A stretch of DNA of 64,000 nucleotides from Bigelowiella natans CCMP2755 (GCA_000320545.1 ADNK01003167.1:37194-101193), one strand, 5' to 3'. Shown: positions 13,491-25,738, counted from the first letter of the stretch. The notes: generated from the sequence alone by a model not told the origin. Made by a program: numbers and translations.

Positions 13491-14039
13491 AAAACAACGA
13501 GGACTCTCCACTGGTGTGAAAATCAGGACGATGACATGCGAAGTCAGATGGCCGATGGCCACACGTCCGATGTGCGTGTCGCCGCATGCATGCATGTGTG
13601 TTGCGGGTGCGAAGCAGCTACACGCGCGCACGCTGTTGCGTCGAGGCGAGTCAGCAGCATGTGGCAAACAATGACGAGCTGCGTGTGCGCAATGAAGACA
13701 GTGACTTGCATGCTGCGCCGAAGCAGTGGCTCCTCGATTCGACGAATCGTGGACGCGGAATTGGGCCACGAGCATGGGCACATCCTGCGCTAGATGCAGG
13801 TTGGTTGCTGTGCACGAGTAGCTATGCTAGCACATGCAGTTGTGCACCAATCCTTTCGCATGCGCGGAAACTGAAGAGTGCTTCGTTGATGCAAAACTAA
13901 AAACGAGTCTACATGCACTTTCAAATGAAGTTAGAACTTGACAAAGCCCGGTTTGTTGGAGTGCTTTGCACCCAGACCGCACGGTTGGTGACGGTAATCA
14001 TTCAGGACATGTGAAGCACAATGTTCCCCATACTTTGAC

Positions 14040-15277
14040 TTACGAACCACGCAAATATGAACCGTCATCTGGAGCGAAATGAACACTGTTGTATCCGCTA
14101 TCGTATTCGCCACCGTATCCGTCATTGTATCCACCATTCTCTTCGCCTCCCTCTATTGTGACTCCCATGATACCCTCCTCATCTTCTGCTGTTGTCTTGC
14201 CTTCTTCCATACGTGACAGTGCGCTGTGTATCTGAGAGGATCCTTCACGCAAGCCTTCTACGGCGTTAAGTAACCGATTCTCCGTATATGAGGTCTGATC
14301 GAGGCCCATCTGCAGTCTGCCAAGGTTGTGTTCTGCGAGCTCAAGCTGCTCGTTTAGTTGCTGTGCTTTCACCAGCTTCCTGCAAGATCATTGTAGAGGA
14401 AGTTGTAGTCATGTTAACTTGTATACATAATTGATAGGCACAATGAGTAGTGAAACGCAGAATTAGTCCAATGATATCTCACAGCAAATTATTATTTGAT
14501 GGATTGGGGCTATTCTTACCTCATCTTTCTCTTCTTCGCGAGAAGCCAGCGATTGTATCTGGCAGCTTCCTCGTTACTTGTGTGATAGCATGAGAATAAA
14601 GCGGATTATAACTTATCATACAAAACTTGTATGGTATGCGATTGTTACCTCTGGTGCATATCAAACAGATATATTTCTGTGCTCTTCACTCATTACTCTC
14701 ATAAACTTGATTTCCCTATTTCTCTCTTTCTCCATTCCCCCCCCCCCCCCCCTGATCTCTCCTAGAAGTACTACGAACCGTTTGATTTGGTTCTCGCGAG
14801 CCCTATCTTCCATAATCTCGAAAACAGCTTTGTTGGATCTGTAGGTTTCTGCCTCAGAATCGACTCCGACTGCAAAAAAATAAGATGATGGGAGATAAGG
14901 ATACATCATTATCATGTGCATATGTTGAAAAATCTGAAGCTGTATTGTTCATATTGGAGCTATTTCTACTGGAGGCTGCTCATCATCCATGTCTAGAGGC
15001 ATCTCGTTTTCAGGGACGGCTGAACATACACATACATAATATATATTTGTGTATATATACATATAATATGTGTGTGTTGTGTTCTCTGTCGTAAATTAAT
15101 CATCATCATCATCATTATCATCATCATCTCTTGGCTTAAAGAGATGTGTCATCATGTTATATTGTTTGAAAAGGAGATTAAGACCTACAAGAAGAAAGCC
15201 CTACATATAGATATATATATTTATGCATTTCTCACAAATACAAATGTTATCATTGAAAGCAGTATACATGTATACAT

Positions 15278-15327
<50 letters not shown>

Positions 15328-15862
15328 CTTTACCTAACCTTACTCAATATATTTACATATATATATTACAATAAATGTACAGACAAATTTATATAAACAG
15401 GGCGTAATAACTTCATGGCTGACCTATTACTCCGCAGCAAGAAGGGAGAACAGATAATGAAGACTACAAATGAAGCGGAAAGGGCATATAAGGCCGTACA
15501 TACATCATTCACGAATGACGAGAACTGACGGTTGAAAGCCTCCAAGCTCTCGAGGAGTTCGTAAGAATAATACACATAAAAGTTTTTAGTTCGATCACTT
15601 TTGACAATCTACTATCCACCTCGGTATCGAATGTGCAATTGCATGCCGGTTGCCATGTTTCGTTTGCCTTCTTTCGGGAAGCAACTAATGATGTGGTCTC
15701 AACGGCACCGACACTGGCTGATGTTCTCTGCATCGCATAAAGTTCGAATCTTAGAGCTGATCTACTACATGAAAACTTGTCAAGTGTTATTACCACTAGA
15801 GAGATGAATGTGGCCAATGCTAAAGCTATTGAAGCACCAGGGGGTCTCCACTGGGCGGCCAT
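14040..15862 (-). CDS. Hypothetical protein with N-terminal signal anchor and coiled-coil C-terminal half (multi-exon)
   Basis: ATG 15862 MAAQWRPPGASIALALATFISLVVITL (hydrophobic anchor). GT-AG-bounded exons at ~14690-14870 and ~14520-14575. Last exon KAQQLNEQLELAEHNLGRLQ...DDGSYLRGS*. No family recognised. Confidence 0.6.
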
Positions 15863-16220
15863 TGCTGGTTTCTTCTTCTTCCTTGTTAGTCACACCACTG
15901 CCCAGGAGGCCTAGTAGTAGTAAACTTTTCAAACTTCTCGTTTGAATGAAGCCGAAAAATAGATTTTTGTTCAACATCCCAAATGCGCAAATGATGGTCC
16001 TTTTATTACTGCGACATGAAATAATTCTCATTTTAATTACCTCGTGAAGCAACTTAGTTGAAGAATTGCACCCAATTTCGATGGTGCGACATAGCGTAAG
16101 CCACGGATCACGAAGGCACCTTTCGAGCAGGGTACGGAAGAAAATCGAAGCGATCCCCTCACCAATTGCCCCTCACCATGCAACAACCTTGCAGGTTGAT
16201 TGATTTTATGCTGCTAAGAT

Positions 16221-17660
16221 CATGAAATGGCATCTAGCTTCGCGTGGGCACGTTTGTGTGAGCAATGTTGGTCTCATTCTTCTTTGTTCTCAGTGTGAAC
16301 AATTGATCGAGTGTGAATGGCAAGCCGTGTCCATCGGTCCCAGAGCCAGGCTAGCAGGTGTGGTCCACGCCAAGCAGCTTCCCGACCGTACTGGTTTGCC
16401 CACCTGTTTTCCTTGTCGTCTCAGCTCGAGTCACTGTGTCGCTTCGCACTGTGCGTGCGTCATGCAATTCTTTGGAGGTGTGGTCGTTCAACAAAGGTTT
16501 TGCTTGTTCTTCCTCCACCCCCCCTGGTGCACCGAGCGAGACGAGAGTGCCACAAGCTTGCATTGGAGATGCGTGATCGAGGAAGGAAGCAAACTTGCTG
16601 CGTGCACGACTGACTTTGAAATTGAACACAGAACCCAAACCACCATCCTTTCCTGCCTTCCACTTGCACGCCACACCTGCGCACACTCCAACAGCAAGCC
16701 CTTCCTGCTGGCCCTTCTGACACGAACTGGTTTTTTTGAATCACTCGAACGAGTGGAACAGAAAAAACCGTTCGATTGCAATCGTTCATTCGATTTGAAC
16801 AGTTGTGCGGCAATTGTTCAACTCGGTGCGTGTTCGCACTCGTCGTTGTTCTTGCTTGCCAGTCCCATGTGGACACCCAACTAGCCAAGTCCATCTGACT
16901 GACGTGTGGCAGACAGCACAAGCTAGCAAGCACAATCAGCAATGTCAGCGCGGGCTGGAAACGTTCTGTCTGAGAGTCATTTCCAGCGCGTTCCCAAAAC
17001 GTGCTGCGCACCCCAGCACGGTGCGTGGCACGATTGACCGTGTGCATTCGTCTTGGCGAGTGACACTTCACTAGTTGGTGCACCTGTCAGCTGTGACGAT
17101 GGTTGTTGCTGATTTTTTTACGGCTAGTGGTTTCGTTTCCATGCGCCAGAAATTGCGGCACTCACAGACACTGTTGAGGTGAAGCGACATGTGAAACAAT
17201 GATGAGGTCGAGGTCTTTGCCGGGTTTTGTGGCCGCCGGGACTTGACCAGCGAGGCAGCAGCAGTCATGTTGGCATTGATCTGACAGAGAATGTCTTGTC
17301 ACCGTTCAACGCTGAGATGCAGCATGAACCAACGCAGAGAGCATGAGCGATGCGGTGCGTGGACACGATTTTCGCTAGTGCTTTGCACGCATGTGTACTC
17401 CATCCACTCTTATTTATTTCTCTGTTGCACGTGCTGCTGCAAGTGTTCGATCGTTGACCATGATGCAAAAGTGCGTGCTTTGCACGTCGATCAAACGAAC
17501 AATGGCACACAGCAACCATCACTGCGCTGGCGCCTTCATCACATAGACATGCAAAACGTCTGCTCACGCATTCGATCATGCACGTCGCCACACAACATGC
17601 ATCGTCGCGATGACTGCATGTGAGGCATCAAAGATGAAGGAGCAACTGTGTTGCGACGAA
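16221..17660. other. TpA-depleted intergenic island
   Basis: About 13 TpA counted in ~1,440 bp, 7 of them in CTAG. None between 16391 and 16881. Confidence 0.92.
16500..17360 (-). mobile_element. Decayed Ty3/Gypsy-like pol remnant (RNase H end / integrase)
   Basis: Minus strand, in integrase order with frameshifts/deletions: IAHAL (ADALS-like, ~17340), HD...LAG + GHKTRQR (zinc-finger H..GH.G..KT-like, 17215-17268), IVTADRCT (VVVDRFT-like, ~17077-17100), STFW (16994-17005), DSQTERF (DGQTER-like, 16958-16978) and VVWVL (~16635). Confidence 0.5.
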
Positions 17661-17689
17661 TGTGAATTGTATGTACCAAGGCTGTGCAT

Positions 17690-18789
17690 CTAGTCACTTG
17701 CCTTGCCATCGGCAGCGCTCCGGCCTTCACTGTCATCCCGAGGCTCAGGAAGAAGCATACGCCTCTTTTTCAAGCGCACATAAACGGACCACGCCAGGAA
17801 GTTAGCCCTCTGGCTACTCATTCGACGGAACATCGACAAAAAGAAGAGACGCCGACAGCCCTTCCTATCGATTCCAACATACGACAGTTGGCACATCACT
17901 CGTGTTTGAGACGTTATAAATTCTTCAAAAGACTTCATCAGCTTTTTCCATTGGCGCCGAAGGCTAAGCATTTGGTTCTGCGCATCCGCTACTCCGGATG
18001 ACACCAGCAGCAGGTTGGAACAGTGTATCTGCATCAGCGCTGCACTTCCATCGTCCTTACATAATATTGTTTGGTACCTGATCGTATGGTGTTTAGGCGA
18101 GAGAAAGAGGGTAAATGAAGGCCATGTTGTGTATGTCTAATGCTACTGCTGATGTCTATTACTTCATCCGCAAAGAGATATTTGTTATTATATGGCAATG
18201 AAGTAGAAGAATTCGCATCAATATTCTCCCCCCCCCCCCCCCTTTCTCTCCCTATGTGCGTGTGTATGCTGTGCTGTGTGTGTTCAATATTCTCACTTGA
18301 GAAGATCTTCCATCTTTCTGATGCTATCGAATGTTGCTGAGTTTAGCTTTGTAAAACTCTCATGAAACTCGAGTGACGGATTTTCCGTCATCATCTGTGC
18401 TGACTTTATATCCTGAAAAGTAATGATAACTGTTGTGGTGGTGGTGATGTAGAGGATGATGCTGATACTGGTGATATGAATTTTGAAGGAAAAAGAGTCA
18501 CAGCTTCGACACTGAACAACACCAAAAACAGACGCGTATCCACCGAAAAATAACCGTCCATACGACAATGATCCATTTGTGTTCTAGACAGATGGTAATA
18601 TTTCTATTGTTGATTAGGATTTTTCAGACACTTCTTCTTCTACCGATTGCTTTGCAGTGATCCTCGCCTCCATTAAATGCCTATTAGCTGCTTCTTCGAT
18701 GTTTACTGCCACAATAGATATCGGCACCTAATAAATGTGTTTATAAATATGTGAGCGTGTGTGAGCATTAGCATGAGTACGTGCGTGCG

Positions 18790-18822
<33 letters not shown>

Positions 18823-18832
18823 TGTGTGTATC

Positions 18833-18877
<45 letters not shown>

Positions 18878-19526
18878 AGAGAATTGTGTGATGTGAGACT
18901 GCGTCTGCTTTATTTTGGAGGGTGCTCCTCTGTGAGTGAGTTCATGATATGAATCAGCACCGCCAACAGCACGATAGAAAGAAAGACAATCAAGCCTCCC
19001 AGCACGCGTCCCTCCGTTGATGTAGGATACGTATCACCATATCTAAGCAACAACACAAATAGTGATGATGATGATGAGAGGAGTGCGGAATAGGAGAATG
19101 GAAGAATTCATGTATGGAGAAGAAATGGTACTGTAACGATGTTTGGTCTTACAACTCGAAAGTGTACAACTAAAAAAAAGATGCAGCATTTATCTACAAC
19201 TACTTTCATGGGAAGAGGAAATGTTCATCCTCTTTTTGTCTCCATTGTGATTATTAGCGATAATATATCTCTAATTACAAATTTACTGCTCCGTAAGTAA
19301 ATCATATCTACAATAGCTACTACTAACCCACCCGACGGTTGTGATCGTGACTATCATCCACCAGAAAGTGTCAGGTATCGACTGAAATGGTGTGCGTTCC
19401 CTCTCACCAAAAAACGTCTCTCGTTCATAGTATCTGATTTTGTTAAGTAGTAACTTCACTTACTTTTTCCGCTTAATGATAACAATGCAAACTCAATTAT
19501 CGTGCGGAACCAAAACCGATCTTTCC

Positions 19527-19560
<34 letters not shown>

Positions 19561-21601
19561 CTATAAACATACACATTTGCACATGCACATAACACATAAC
19601 ACATAAGCTGAAGAAGGCATTGATATATAGTGGATATAGAAAGGTAAGAGATCATGATGATGATGATAGGATGATAACAATGACAATGATAATAATATCG
19701 AGATGATGACTAAGATGGTACTTAATGTACAACTCACGAGCATATTATTTACTGATAACACTTCTAGCATCATCGTCATCATCGCCATCATTCAAATATT
19801 ACCCTTGTGTTTCGTTATAGCTTCCTTTCTCTTGCACGTATATTACACTCGCGCATACCACGATCCAAACAGCAAATAAGAAGCCTATTATTATTATTAT
19901 TATTATTATTATTATCATTATTATTAATCATCATTATTGTTGTTATCATTATACACTTGGAAGCCATGCGTCTTTTCTTTCAGCTGCATTGTTACCTTCA
20001 TACTACTACCTCTACCACTACTATGATTATGATGAAAAGGAAAGAAGAAGAAGAATGATATCGATTAATACTATCAAATGTACAAGGATATACCGAGAGA
20101 GAAAAGAGAGTCAAGCGACGAATAGATCGCGTTTGTTAGTATCACCGTCCCACTCAAGCCCTTGACCTATAATGATGATGATGGTGATGATGATGATTAT
20201 GATGATGATGATGATTGATAACGATAATGATTTATAATTGTTTGTCCCGCTCAATGAAGAAACATGGGAGGATCAAGAGTTAGGTAGCTACATATAATAA
20301 TATATACCAGCCTAAAAATCCTGGTTACACGTAGCAAACGGAGGATGCGTATGAAAGCTAATGACGGTGTTTGTAGTTTGGATAGTTGCAAGAAGAAAGG
20401 TAGCACAGAGATCAGATCGATCAATGTGCCTGGACTCCTCAGCCAATACAGAAATTTCCCACAAAAGCTCGAGTTATTGCCCACACTGGTATATCCCAGT
20501 ATTCTCATACGTGCAGCCTCAACAAAGCCAACAGATATTGCTCGAGCAGCTATTTCAATACTGAAAGTAGAAGGAGGAGGTAGAAGAGGAGGAATTCATG
20601 ATACGTACCACATGTAGCAGCAGCCACGAAGAGAGTGAGTGTGAGAGAGGGGGGGGGGAGTTGGGGAGGGTAGTAGAACAACATGGTTTATCTTTATAAG
20701 GAATGATCTCGCAGCAGCAGCAGCAGCAGCAGCAACCTAAAGGTCGTCGAGCAGATAACCTCAATCACATAGAATTGAGGAGCACTATCGCCCTGGTATT
20801 ATTATTATAGCAAACACCACACAAAGGAGAACAAAGCACACACAAGGTCAGTCACTTATTCCCTCCCAGATATTACCAATGTAAGGCAGCATATGTAGTA
20901 CACGTCGCCGTGTCTATACAACAGCATGTACAGATTACTACACATAGCAATATGATGCATACATACATACACACATACATACATACACAAGCAGCACCTG
21001 ATTAGAGCCGTGGTTGGGATATCTATACTTGGGCAATGACTCCACTGTGAGCGAAATTGTTGATATTACAATCATGATGGTGATGAACCCCTGAACCACC
21101 GACGACAACGTGGAAGATTCCATGTCCTCAAACAAGTGGAACACCTGATGATGGGGTATAGGAGGAGGAGGAGGAGGAGGATAAAAGATTGGAAAATGTA
21201 TTATGAAATGATGACAAAGAGCACGCATATTTATAGTTTATTTTTATAAGGATGGTCTACATAATAGAACAGATCGAATACAACAACAACAACATCATCA
21301 TCATCATCATCTACTACGAAAACATCGATGATAACATAATTAACAACACCATGAATTTCAAACCATACATTCGAGAAAGAATTTCCTGTTTCGGGGTAAA
21401 ATGGAGGTATAAGGTTTTCTTCCCTCTTCGTCTGACAGTCGTAGCCACAAGTAGTAGTAGTAGTAGTGGTAGTAGTAGTAGTAGGAGGAGGAGGAGGAGG
21501 AGGAGGAGGAGGAGGAGGAGGAGGTGATGAGATGATGAGGAGGAGGAAGGAAAAACACATAAGTTGGAAGAATCTCTGCCACAAGTTTAGCAACCACTTG
21601 G

Positions 21602-21639
<38 letters not shown>

Positions 21640-21916
21640 GTGCCAATAACAGCAGCAGCAGCACAAATATTAGTAGTAGTAGTAGTAGGCAAAAACACAC
21701 AACCTTCGTCGCAGCTGATGATATGATCCTATTCATACCTCCCCCCTCAATCGTCAAGACCTTGATGATAATATTTACGAAAACATCAACAATTTCACAC
21801 ACCACGTGACATTTACAGTAAATGAATATCCTATACACATCATAATGGATGACAGACAAATTTCTCTCTCGAAGAGACCTACATATTAAACCCCCGCCCC
21901 CGTAGCTTGTATTTAG

Positions 21917-21963
<47 letters not shown>

Positions 21964-22511
21964 GTGTGTGTGCGTGTGTGTGTACGACTACCTCACGCAG
22001 TAGTTTACGTTTCATAAAAAGGTCTCTCTGTAAAAACAATCAATCAATCAATCGATCGACATTAAATCATCTTCATTAAAGTAGTAGTAGTTGGATGCAC
22101 TCCACTCTTATCATCAATCCCTTTTCTATCTTGCTATTATCTTCTTCTTCTTCTTGATGATGGATGATTCTGCAACCCTAGCTCTTCTTACATCAACAAT
22201 CTCGCGCTCTCTCAGCGTGTGTTGTTCGGTGAAGATCGATGATATAATCGTAATCGGAACAGCAAACAAGACTAAACCTAATAATTCCACGACCGACGAT
22301 TGAGTCAGAAAGAATCTCTTACTTACACGTTGAGATTATGTTATTACACAAAAGTCAATAATGTGGTACATCTTGCCCTTCTTCTTTCAATCTTTTCCGT
22401 TTCTATCTAGCCATTATATTAGGTGTACATTACTAAGTCATTTTCTTCCTCTTTCTCTTACTACTTTTATTGATTCTTATAAACTGCTGATCTATCTTAA
22501 ACTATATGTTG

Positions 22512-22550
<39 letters not shown>

Positions 22551-22587
22551 ATCAATGATGATGATAAGTATCTTAAACTATATGTTG

Positions 22588-22624
<37 letters not shown>

Positions 22625-22935
22625 ATCAATGATGAGGGTAGTTACTTATCATCATGACTCCAGATGCTACTAGACGCCCACTGAGTGTCGTAGGGATCAT
22701 ATCTCCATATCCAACGGTTGTAAAGGTGACCATTACATACCACATTGATATGAATACACTATCAAATGGAGAGGTCTGATAGAAAATAAAGGAGCAAATA
22801 TTAAGCAATAAGGAAGACTAATAGTAAGGCTACCGATCAACACCAACGGAATACGTAGTACTCTCCAGTAAAAAATTCAGCAATTTTTTTGTTGTTGCAT
22901 CATCGATTCTGATCTCTCTAAGCATGGTTCAGATC

Positions 22936-23006
<71 letters not shown>

Positions 23007-23735
23007 TCACCTCACCTCACATCATATCATACTGTGTATATCATACTGCCTAGTCAACTACATAGTGGCTGCTCAGTTACTACTACCTCCTTTTCACCAT
23101 ATATGTTATCTCTTTCAAATTTCCCTGTGTCTTCATTGTACTCTCCTACTCGGCAGTAAATACGAGTATTTCAGCAGGCAGTTTAATAGGGACTGATGGT
23201 TGTGGGAATGATCTTGTGTTAGTCATCATCATCACCTTGCTCAACGATGAAGACAACCGAAGCCATAAAGAGAATAAAAAGGCATAAGAGCATCGCTATT
23301 TGAGACATCAACGGTGCCGCAGCCCCACCCACTCTCATTAGTAGTGGAATCATTTTATTTGATTTAAACAGCTTTGCGAGCCGGAGAAGTCTATGAAATT
23401 AACCCAAAAAACAAAGTGATGCTATACACCAATTGGAGTGATGGAAGAAGCAAGGGTACACGATTTTCAGCAGCAGCAGCAGCAGCTGTTTCATTGTTTC
23501 TGGGGGCATTGAATAATAGTACCTTAGAGCCCTTATGCTAGTGAGATTTACAGATGATGAACTAACTATCAACTGAAGAGAGAGTAGGAGAAGTAGTGAG
23601 ACTTACAGATGATGAAGTGACTATCTACTGAAGAGTGTAGTAGGAGAAGTAGGAGGAGGGGGAAGAGGGAGAGGAGAGAGTTCTTTGTACGTGTAAGTAA
23701 CTGTAAGTGTTAGAGAAAATTGAAAAGAGAATGAG

Positions 23736-23783
<48 letters not shown>

Positions 23784-24967
23784 GGAACAAAGAGAAAAAT
23801 CAGTTATCTCTTACATTAACGTAGAAGGGAAGTATAGCCACCAGATCAATAATATTCATAGGCTGTACGATAAAGTCTATGGTCTTTCGAATATGTAACA
23901 TGTACTCTTGACTAAAGCACCCCCAACTACCCGGCTGGTGACAAACAAACAAACAAAGGTACACACAGAGAGAGAGAGATAGAGAACATAAGGCTTTCAA
24001 CTGAGGAAAATTTTGCAAGTATAAAGAGTTGTAGATCTCTATCCAGGAATATACTACCAAGTAAACATGATACTATTGTTTTTATGCTTTATTCTCCCAA
24101 CATAATATGTGATGATGGTGATGAAGAAGATATCATGACAATGGCCTCTACGTACGAGCACACATTATCTCATTTTATTAATTACCTTGAGCCTAGAATT
24201 TCCATAGATATACAGATCGCTCATGGAACTCACAGTACATATTCTTATAATGTATTCTAAAGTGAAGAAGATCACGCATGCCACTTCGATCTGCATACAC
24301 CAAATATATAATAATAGGAAGTATAGTACATACACCAATATGTTGAGTGAGTCACTAAGAATCACATAGTACATACACCAATATGTTGAGTGAGTCACTA
24401 AGAATCACTAAATAAAAAATATCCCCCAAAGTATGTGTGATGTGTGTATGTGGGATATAAATATATCGTTATCATCATCACCACCGTCATCATCATCATC
24501 CTTTTTTATGTATCAGCACCTACTACTACTACCTTGATAAAAGTTGGGTTTTCTTGATCTTCATGGTCTCCATAGCGAGGATATCGATATTCAGGTAGCG
24601 ACTCGAGAATCTTAACAAAAAGAGAAGAGATGAAAGAATGTTTCAATCAAAAATAAATACAAAGTTGTTGTTGGTGTTGTTGTGTAAATGATGATAGTAT
24701 CGTTTGCTTAAATTAGGGTAGTAGATGCGGATATAAGAATTTAGTGCTAAATACGTAAGTTCCTAGCTGTGCAAGAAATTTAGCAGTCAAAATGAGAATT
24801 TGTTGTGGAAGGAGAAATCCTCCCATTTTTTACTGCTTGCTAAAATTCTAAATCTTTATTGAGAGAAACGAATAACATCCATTCTCAGGGGAGTCATATT
24901 TCATTCAAAATCTGGTGCTGCTTGTATATATGTCTCTGTGATCTATTGGTGATGCGTTCTCTATTCT

Positions 24968-25001
<34 letters not shown>

Positions 25002-25690
25002 CAGCACGATGGCTGATAGAATCACCACACCGCCACTGATCACCTAGATTATTATATAACAGACAGTCAACAATAAGAACAAAGAAAAGGTGATGATGAT
25101 TGATAACAACGATTCCATAATTATGTATGAAAGGAGGACAAATTAGCCGGAGAGGAAGAGAGCGGAAGAGCAACAACTATATACAACTGAATGTCTTCAC
25201 AAGTTAACAACAACATATGATTGCTGATAAAAGTAATCATATGTACCGAGAACATCTTCGAAATGTAGCTGCTATCGATGTCGTCAAGCACTCTGAAGAT
25301 AAAACGCCTTTTATCATCACCCCAGTCCTTTGGAATCCTGAGGGAGGAGGGAGGGAGGGAGGTAGTTAGTTGTTTTAAGAGTGAGTACGATCGGTGCCTT
25401 ATTTGTACTTACATATAGGAGAATTGTTTTCTTTCACAAAAATATTAAAGTGTTCTTTGCCATACTTCTGTCGTAATGTTACTGATCTAGCGTGTGTGTG
25501 TTGTGCGTATGAAGAGGTTGCTGTTTGCGTCTTCCCCCCCTTCCCCCCGTGAGTTGATTGATGTACCAAGGAATTTCTTCGTCTTCTTCGCTTTCATCTG
25601 CAGCGATCAATCTATCAAGATCCAAACCTGATATTAGACCGCACGTCAGGAGGACAGCTTTGGCAAAATTCCTCTCATAACGACCCAATT
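17690..25690 (-). CDS. Voltage-gated K+ channel (Kv/Shaker-like Ion_trans), apparently two tandem 6TM domains; 5' end unresolved (possibly to ~27050-27400)
   Basis: Domain 1: ILESLPEYRYP, FFTLEYIIR, PMNIIDLVAILPFY, SIRALR/LLRLAKLFK, SMWYVMVTFTTVGYGDMIP, LFAVPITII. Domain 2: VESLPKYRYP, LIDLISVLPFF, IRILRLLRVTRIFRL, FQSIPDTFWWMIVTITTVG|YGDTYP, LLA|VPISIV. Last exon ends at 17690. Confidence 0.9.
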
Positions 25691-25738
25691 AGTGCAATAG
25701 AAGGTAGTAGTGATGGTAGTGGAGGTAGTGGTGGTGTG

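Larger units (their letters stand above)
11431..13790. other. TpA-free intergenic island (hypermutated repeat/TE-derived DNA)
   Basis: Manual scan found only 2 TpA (12157 in CTAG; 13619) in ~2,360 bp. CpG is abundant, microsatellites are absent, and internal direct and inverted repeats are present. Confidence 0.95.

Noticed and set aside
11431-13790. Classical CpG methylation decay or fungal RIP as the cause of TG/CA excess
   Set aside because: CpG is abundant and conserved between repeat copies, and RIP would raise TpA rather than remove it.
11446-13900. Dense overlapping six-frame ORFs suggesting a compact viral or operon-like gene cluster
   Set aside because: Without TpA there can be no TAA or TAG stops, so all frames stay open. 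The Tyr-poor, Cys/His-rich translations are a by-product, not genes.
13500-13900. Possible additional Copia RT trace (DLHAAPKQW resembling YGL.DAP..W)
   Set aside because: A single weak motif without a convincing YVDD, which is not enough to call.
16222-17736. 220-aa, 207-aa and other overlapping ORFs
   Set aside because: Same stop-codon-loss artefact. Only scattered integrase-like motif relics are credible.
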